From NCBI GenBank assembly GCA_951406725.2, contig OX597836.1, positions 34,348,001 to 34,412,000 on the forward strand: a stretch of 64,000 nt of DNA, given 5' to 3'. Under the pieces are notes generated by a model that worked only from the letters and a program-made list of their open reading frames with translations, ran no database searches and had not been told where the DNA came from. Position numbers and translations under genes: made by a program. Below are positions 57,451-64,000 of the stretch, piece after piece (within the stretch, counting starts at the first letter, position 1; every line of letters starts with the position of its first letter). This DNA comes from Octopus vulgaris (lineage: Eukaryota).

Positions 57451-57491
57451 GGTGTATGTGTGTGCGTGTGTATGTGTATATATATATATAA

Positions 57492-57533
<42 letters not shown>

Positions 57534-58013
57534 ATATATATATATATATGTATGTATGTATGTATATATACACACGAAGATGTGCTGAAAGGCTTCTGGC
57601 TTTGGGTAACTATTCTGCTGGGTCGCCGCTTTATATATAAAATTATATAGCAAACCTTTGAAGGTCTACCTTCAGTGGATTGCTGGCGGCTATTAAAAAC
57701 AGAATGTGATTTGATGATTTCATATTGTTAGACGGACGTTAGATATATCTGTGTTGCTAAGATGCTGAATGCAGTTGAATATAAATGGAAGATTTAAGAA
57801 TTGTGTTTGACTATATCGTTAAGATATGTTGCATGTATGGCGTGTGCAGCCGAATATATTAAACATATTTGAAAACTGTTTAGAAGTTTAAAATCTTGGG
57901 AGACCGATATTTGTTATGTTTCAAAGTAAAAAAAAGTCTAAAGGTTCAATATTATTGTCTGTGGTGTAAATGAAAGTTTGGATGGTTGATTGATTAGAAA
58001 GAAACAAAAGTAA

Positions 58014-58457
58014 AGAAAAGCGGTAAAAAGGGGGTTAAAAAACGACAAATGAAGCATCTCTGTGCCTAAGGCAATTTTAAAATTGTGTGTCTTGTTTGCC
58101 CCCCCCCCACATCGCTTGACAACCGAAGCTGGTGTGTTTACCTCCCCGTAACTTGTCGGTTTGGCAAAAGAGACCGTTAGAATAAGTACTAGCCTTGCAA
58201 AAAATAAGTCCATACGGTGCGTATGGGAAGGTAGAAAAGCGGTAAAAAGGGGGTTAAAAAACGACAAATGAAGCATCTCTGTGCCTAAGACAATTTTAAA
58301 ATTGTTTGTCTTGTTTGCCCCACCCCATCCCAACATCGTTTGACAACCGAAGCTGGTGTGTTTACCTCCCCGTAACTTAACGGTTTGGCAAAAGAGACCG
58401 TTAGAATAAGTACCAGCCTTGCAAAAAAATAAGTCCATACGGTGCGTATGGGAAGGT
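58014..58457. repeat. Tandem duplication (about 220 bp x2) including a SINE A fragment
   Basis: Units 58014-58232 and 58233-58457. Confidence 0.9.
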
Positions 58458-58600
58458 AGAAAATTATTATTCAAGAAGTGAAATAATATTTTGGCAATTG
58501 TTGTGTCTACAATTAGGTTCAAGGGTGGGTTGAACCAGATTATTTTCCTTGGTGTCTTTTCTGCTGACAGTGCATCGATCAAATAGAGTCTTTAGTAGAA
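58440..58600 (-). pseudogene. Penelope-like element RT-thumb relic
   Basis: RKIIWFNPPLN..VDTTIAK....L...FLPSH motif. Confidence 0.75.
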
Positions 58601-58921
58601 ACTAACTGACTAAGTTACTGAATTGCAGAATTGGACCAAGACCGTGCTGTTGTATTGCTTACATTTTAGCCTGACAGCTAATTTTATTTTCATGTATTTT
58701 AAGGTTATTTATATACGTGTTTCTCCGCTTGCATGTCTTAGAGGGTGTGGGATACTCTGTGGCTTCGCTTAACTCGATATATGTCTACACGCTGATTTGT
58801 AGATATATACACAAATGTATGGATAGCATGTACACGAGTGTGTGGGTCTGCAACAGTGTACAGACACACACTTTCACATACACGCTTATATATATACGTA
58901 TATATATAAATATATATATAC

Positions 58922-59044
<123 letters not shown>

Positions 59045-59071
59045 TGTATATATTCACATGTGTGTGCAAAT

Positions 59072-59106
<35 letters not shown>

Positions 59107-59147
59107 CACATTCATGTTTGTATATTATATCTGGTGTTTGCATGGAT

Positions 59148-59182
<35 letters not shown>

Positions 59183-59437
59183 CAAACATATACTTATGAT
59201 TATATACAGACACACACACTCATTTATATATATATGTATATATATATATATACACACATTATGTGTGTATATATATATTATGCGTGTGTATATATAGTCA
59301 TTAATACATACATATAGTACTCACACATGCATATATGCATATATGCGTGCGTATGTGTGTAGACATATATCTTTATATAATTTATCTCTCTCTCTCTATA
59401 TATTTACATATAAATATGCATATACATACACGCGCAA

Positions 59438-59485
<48 letters not shown>

Positions 59486-59891
59486 ATCTGTGTATGTGCA
59501 ATTTGGTTGTGTGCAAGTGTGGATGCTTATATGTTTCTCTGTAGATATCTTGTGTAAATGCAGAACGAAACTGAGCTACTATGGTTGAATGGCAGCAAAT
59601 AGATAAATATTCAAGACACCTCTACCAAAGCTGGATTAGAATTAGTGCACGGTATTCAAAATATATATCGCTGGTTGAAGCCCCATCGATATTCTATCCC
59701 CACCCTGTCTAGCATTTCCTTTTCTTGACTAACAACATAAAAAAAAAATAGAGAAATGATAAATATAGTAATGATTAAACCATCTGGCGCGATTTCTGTA
59801 TTATTAGCATGTTACGTGACTTGAGCTTTATAAGACGTGGCTTCCGCGTGACTGTAAATATATCGTTATCGTCTCGGTGTAGCGCCGCCAT

Positions 59892-59954
<63 letters not shown>

Positions 59955-59955
<1 letters not shown>

Positions 59956-60171
59956 CTCTTTACTCTTTTACTATTTTACTTGTTTCAGTCATTTGCCTGC
60001 GGTCATGCTGGAGCGCCGCCTTCAGTCGAGCAAATCGACCCCGGCATTTATTCTTTGTAAGCCCAGTACTTATTCTATCGGACTCTTTTGCCGAACCGCT
60101 AAGTTACGGGGACGTAAACACACCAGCATCGGTTGTCAAGCAATGCTAGGGGGACAAACACAGACACACAA

Positions 60172-60246
<75 letters not shown>

Positions 60247-60417
60247 CATATATACGACAGGCTTCTTTCAGTTTCCGCCTACCAAATCCACTCACAAGGC
60301 ATTGGTCGGCCCGGGGCTATAGCAGAAGACATTTGCCCAAGATGCCACGCAGTGGGACTGAACCCGGAACCATGTGGCTGGTTAGCAAGCTACTTACCAC
60401 ACAGCCACTCCGCTCCT
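59955..60417 (-). mobile_element. SINE family A, full length
   Basis: Matches A. Confidence 0.92.
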
Positions 60418-60974
60418 ATAACATATATATATATATGCTGCCACGAATCAACCTTGATTCCAACATCACACTGCTACACGTACTTTCACGCACATATTTA
60501 TTCACAGACAAACGTAGATATATTCATGTATTTTTCAGCTGGTTTCAAGCTTTAAACACGGCTCCGAAGGTTTCAGGCAATAAGGTCAAGGCCAGTATAT
60601 TGAACTATATACTTCAATACAGTACAAATTTCATGACGGGCATCGTTTCTCTTTGACACAAGACTAAATTTTACACCGGTAAATATAAATATAAACACTG
60701 ATCTTGACACACACACACATGCGCGCGCACACACACACACAGATTTATAGATATTGGTTTTAATAATATATTTTATATATATTGGTTTCGATAAATGCTC
60801 GAAATGAGGAGTAGATAGACAGCCGACAACTGATGAAGGGTCGTTCTTTATGTTCCTTGCCTTGCTTTCCATTTGTTTCTCTCGTTGTTTACATGCCCAA
60901 GGTTATCTTCCCTTTTCATATTGTTTTCGTATTTCATGTTGTTTACATTTTGTGACGTTGTGTACCCATATATG

Positions 60975-61018
<44 letters not shown>

Positions 61019-61072
61019 TATATGTATGTATATTATGCATATATATATATATACATATATATATATACATAC

Positions 61073-61107
<35 letters not shown>

Positions 61108-61156
61108 CATACATATATATATATATATATACACATATATATATATATGCATACAT

Positions 61157-61192
<36 letters not shown>

Positions 61193-62180
61193 CATTTATA
61201 TTATTATATGTATTATACGATTGAACGACACGCATTCATTTCCAAGTTTATCACCCCCCACATATATGTATATATAAACATACACACACATATATCGATA
61301 CATACGCACACAAACACACGCACACACATGTATACAGAGAGAGTGAGAGAAAGAGAGAGAGAGAGAGAGAGGCAGACAGTCAGACAGGCAGAGAGACAAA
61401 CATACAAACTCACAGACAAACAGAAAGATAGGCAGATAAAATGAGAATCTCAGATTAAGCGATTCGGTAAGTGAACTCTCTAAATAGACGCAGAGAATAT
61501 TTGCCATCTGGATTCTTGAATGCGCTCTCATATTGCAAACGATTTGCCGAATGTTAAAAGCAATCGAATAAAGCACACGCAGAGCTGGGGGCCGTTAAAG
61601 TTAACCACCTCTAGAGCAGCTACACGAAAACCAAAGTTACTGGATTATATAAGGATTTCTGATACTGGAAAAATGCCATAGAAATATTTGACGGAATATG
61701 GCGAAGAGAATTTACAAGGATGCCTGTACTTAACTTGTACGTGTAGTGTGTAAGACATTGAACCTGAAGGGAATAGGGGTGGGGTGGGGGAGAGAAAGCT
61801 AAAATGAGAAAAAAAAACTGTTGACCTCATGGTGTTTTGAACTCAGAACATAAGGACACACTTACACACATATAGACACTCGTACATTTGTACATACACG
61901 TATAGTTGTGTATCTTTGTGTATTGATACACACAACATAGACACATACACACATACACAAGTCCACACACATACACACACACACACACAGAGACACACAC
62001 ACATATATATATATATATATATCTGTATATATATGTATGTACGTATGTATGTATGTATGTATGTGTATATATATATATGCATACACACACACATGATTAG
62101 TTTTTAAAAAAACAACAACGTGAGGACGTGGCACATGCAAAGTATTAATAAGACACTCAGAGAAAGAAAGAAAGAGTGGT

Positions 62181-62217
62181 TGTTTTACATTTCGAGCAAA
62201 ACTCTTCATCGGAAACA
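62181..62217 (-). ncRNA. Minimal hammerhead motif (U4C)
   Basis: TGTTT-CCGATGA-A-GAGT TTT GCTC-GAA-ATGT-A-AAACA. Confidence 0.75.
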
Positions 62218-62455
62218 GGAGACATAGGAAAGTCCAAAAGAAAAGGAAGAAGGAGGAAAAATCGCCAACAATCCACGTGTAGTTACATTTTGGAATTATA
62301 TATATGCCATAGAAATATTTGATAAAATATATTATTTCGAATTGATAAAAAGTGATTTTTTTCTAATTTTGATATATATATTATATTTTGTGAAATTTGA
62401 TTTAGTATTTCTAAATTGAATCTTTCCCTGTAAGTTAGGAATAATATTCCCTCAA

Positions 62456-62532
<77 letters not shown>

Positions 62533-63101
62533 TATTTATAATTAAGAATCAGTTAAATTAGGTACTTAAATGGAGGCACCAAGCCAGCTCGGTATAGTCC
62601 GCACAGCTTCAAGTCAGATTAACAGAATATAAATAAGTAACAAGGATGTTCAGGTATCGATACCTTACTGCCGTTTTGAGCGAATCCATTTAATCGATCA
62701 ATAAAAAAATTACATCAATTTGAAAGAAACCACTCTCCTAAGTTGTAGATGATCACATAGCTTTCCAACATACAGGATAAACTATTTTTAACAAATTTTG
62801 TAGCAATACTAGAAACCAAACTAATTACATTGTTTCTTTATATCTATGGCAGAATGCGTTTAGAAAATAATGCATATCTTATTAAGCCTACTATAATTTA
62901 TAGAATAGCAGAGGAAAATAGTAGGGGTCAAGGTATAGGAGTGTTGAGATAGTTATTTACATTTAAAATGTTGTATTTAGCAGGTGGTCTACAACCACTT
63001 AGAATTAAATGTATTGGGAGTTGGCAACTGTTTCTTGTTGATGGTGATGAATATATATATATATATATACGTACATATATATTCATCACCAATATATATA
63101 C

Positions 63102-63145
<44 letters not shown>

Positions 63146-63385
63146 GTTTTTATTATTATTTTGCAATTTACTTAATAATCGGTATATTATTGTTATTTTA
63201 TTTTTAAATTTTCTATTATATGTAATTTTCAAGATGGTGTAATTTAATTGTTCCTTTTGAATTGATAAATGGTAGTTTTTTCTAATTTTTATATATATAT
63301 ATTATATTTTGTGAAATTTGATTTAGTATTTCTAAATTGAATTTTTCCCTGTAAGTTAGGAATAATATTCCCTCAAATAATTATC

Positions 63386-63456
<71 letters not shown>

Positions 63457-63459
<3 letters not shown>

Positions 63460-63632
63460 TACTGCAAAGAAATTCCAGCTTTACGCTTTACGTTTTATTT
63501 ACGATCTTATAATAATATATTATTCGATAATATAATATAATGAAATGATATTATATTATCTTATTTAATATTATTATAAGATTGTAAATAAAACGTGAAA
63601 ATCAGACAAAATTGGAATTTCTTCGAGTAATA
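63457..63632. repeat. Imperfect AT-rich fold-back next to (TA)n
   Basis: acgttttatttacgatcttataataatat / atattattataagattgtaaataaaacgt. Confidence 0.8.
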
Positions 63633-63673
63633 TATTCTTCTATACACAATCATATATACTCGTATATAATATA

Positions 63674-63780
<107 letters not shown>

Positions 63781-64000
63781 CTATATGTATGTGTACGTTA
63801 TGTAATGTCCGTAGCTCATCAGTATGATCGTCATTGCAAATATAATTTGAAGAACTATACACGCACTTATAGCTGCATGCTTGTGAATACAATACGTACA
63901 ATGCACTCATAACTGCATGCTTGTGAATCACCCTATCGAAGATTCAAATATTAAGTGAGATTTTCTTTGGCAAAACATTTACAATTATACATCATTTTAA

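Noticed and set aside
57938-58582. 214-aa ORF with an internal repeat
   Set aside because: It is a chimera of a PLE relic and a tandemly duplicated SINE fragment.
60795-60850. CGAAAT ... CTGATGAAGGG hammerhead parts
   Set aside because: No closing helix II or downstream GAAA was found.

Overview
AT-rich eukaryotic DNA with no recognisable host exon. It is most likely intergenic or intronic sequence from an octopus; this is inferred from my recollection of the SINE families and was not checked against a database. The window is a mosaic of long microsatellites ((TA)n, (CA)n, (TATG)n, (ATT)n, (GAA)n), about 45 tRNA-derived SINE copies, truncated LINE ends (RTE, L1/Tx1, R4/Dong, CR1) and DNA-transposon relics (Tc1, mariner, Tigger-like, Merlin, Helitron-like). 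Nearly all ORFs in the supplied track are artefacts of microsatellite or SINE translation. The main hidden signal is a Penelope-like element (PLE) and hammerhead ribozyme (HHR) system. By eye I found about 17 type-I HHR-like motifs, mostly in short fragments next to (TA)n tracts. Many have palindromic helix III, and together they show all four Watson-Crick pairs at core positions 3-8 plus a recurrent U4C. Also present are frequent fold-back (inverted) insertions, decayed PLE RT-thumb and GIY-YIG coding remnants, and a tRNA-headed (Pol III) element that carries a hammerhead. All structures were read manually, nothing was folded or searched computationally, and boundaries are approximate.
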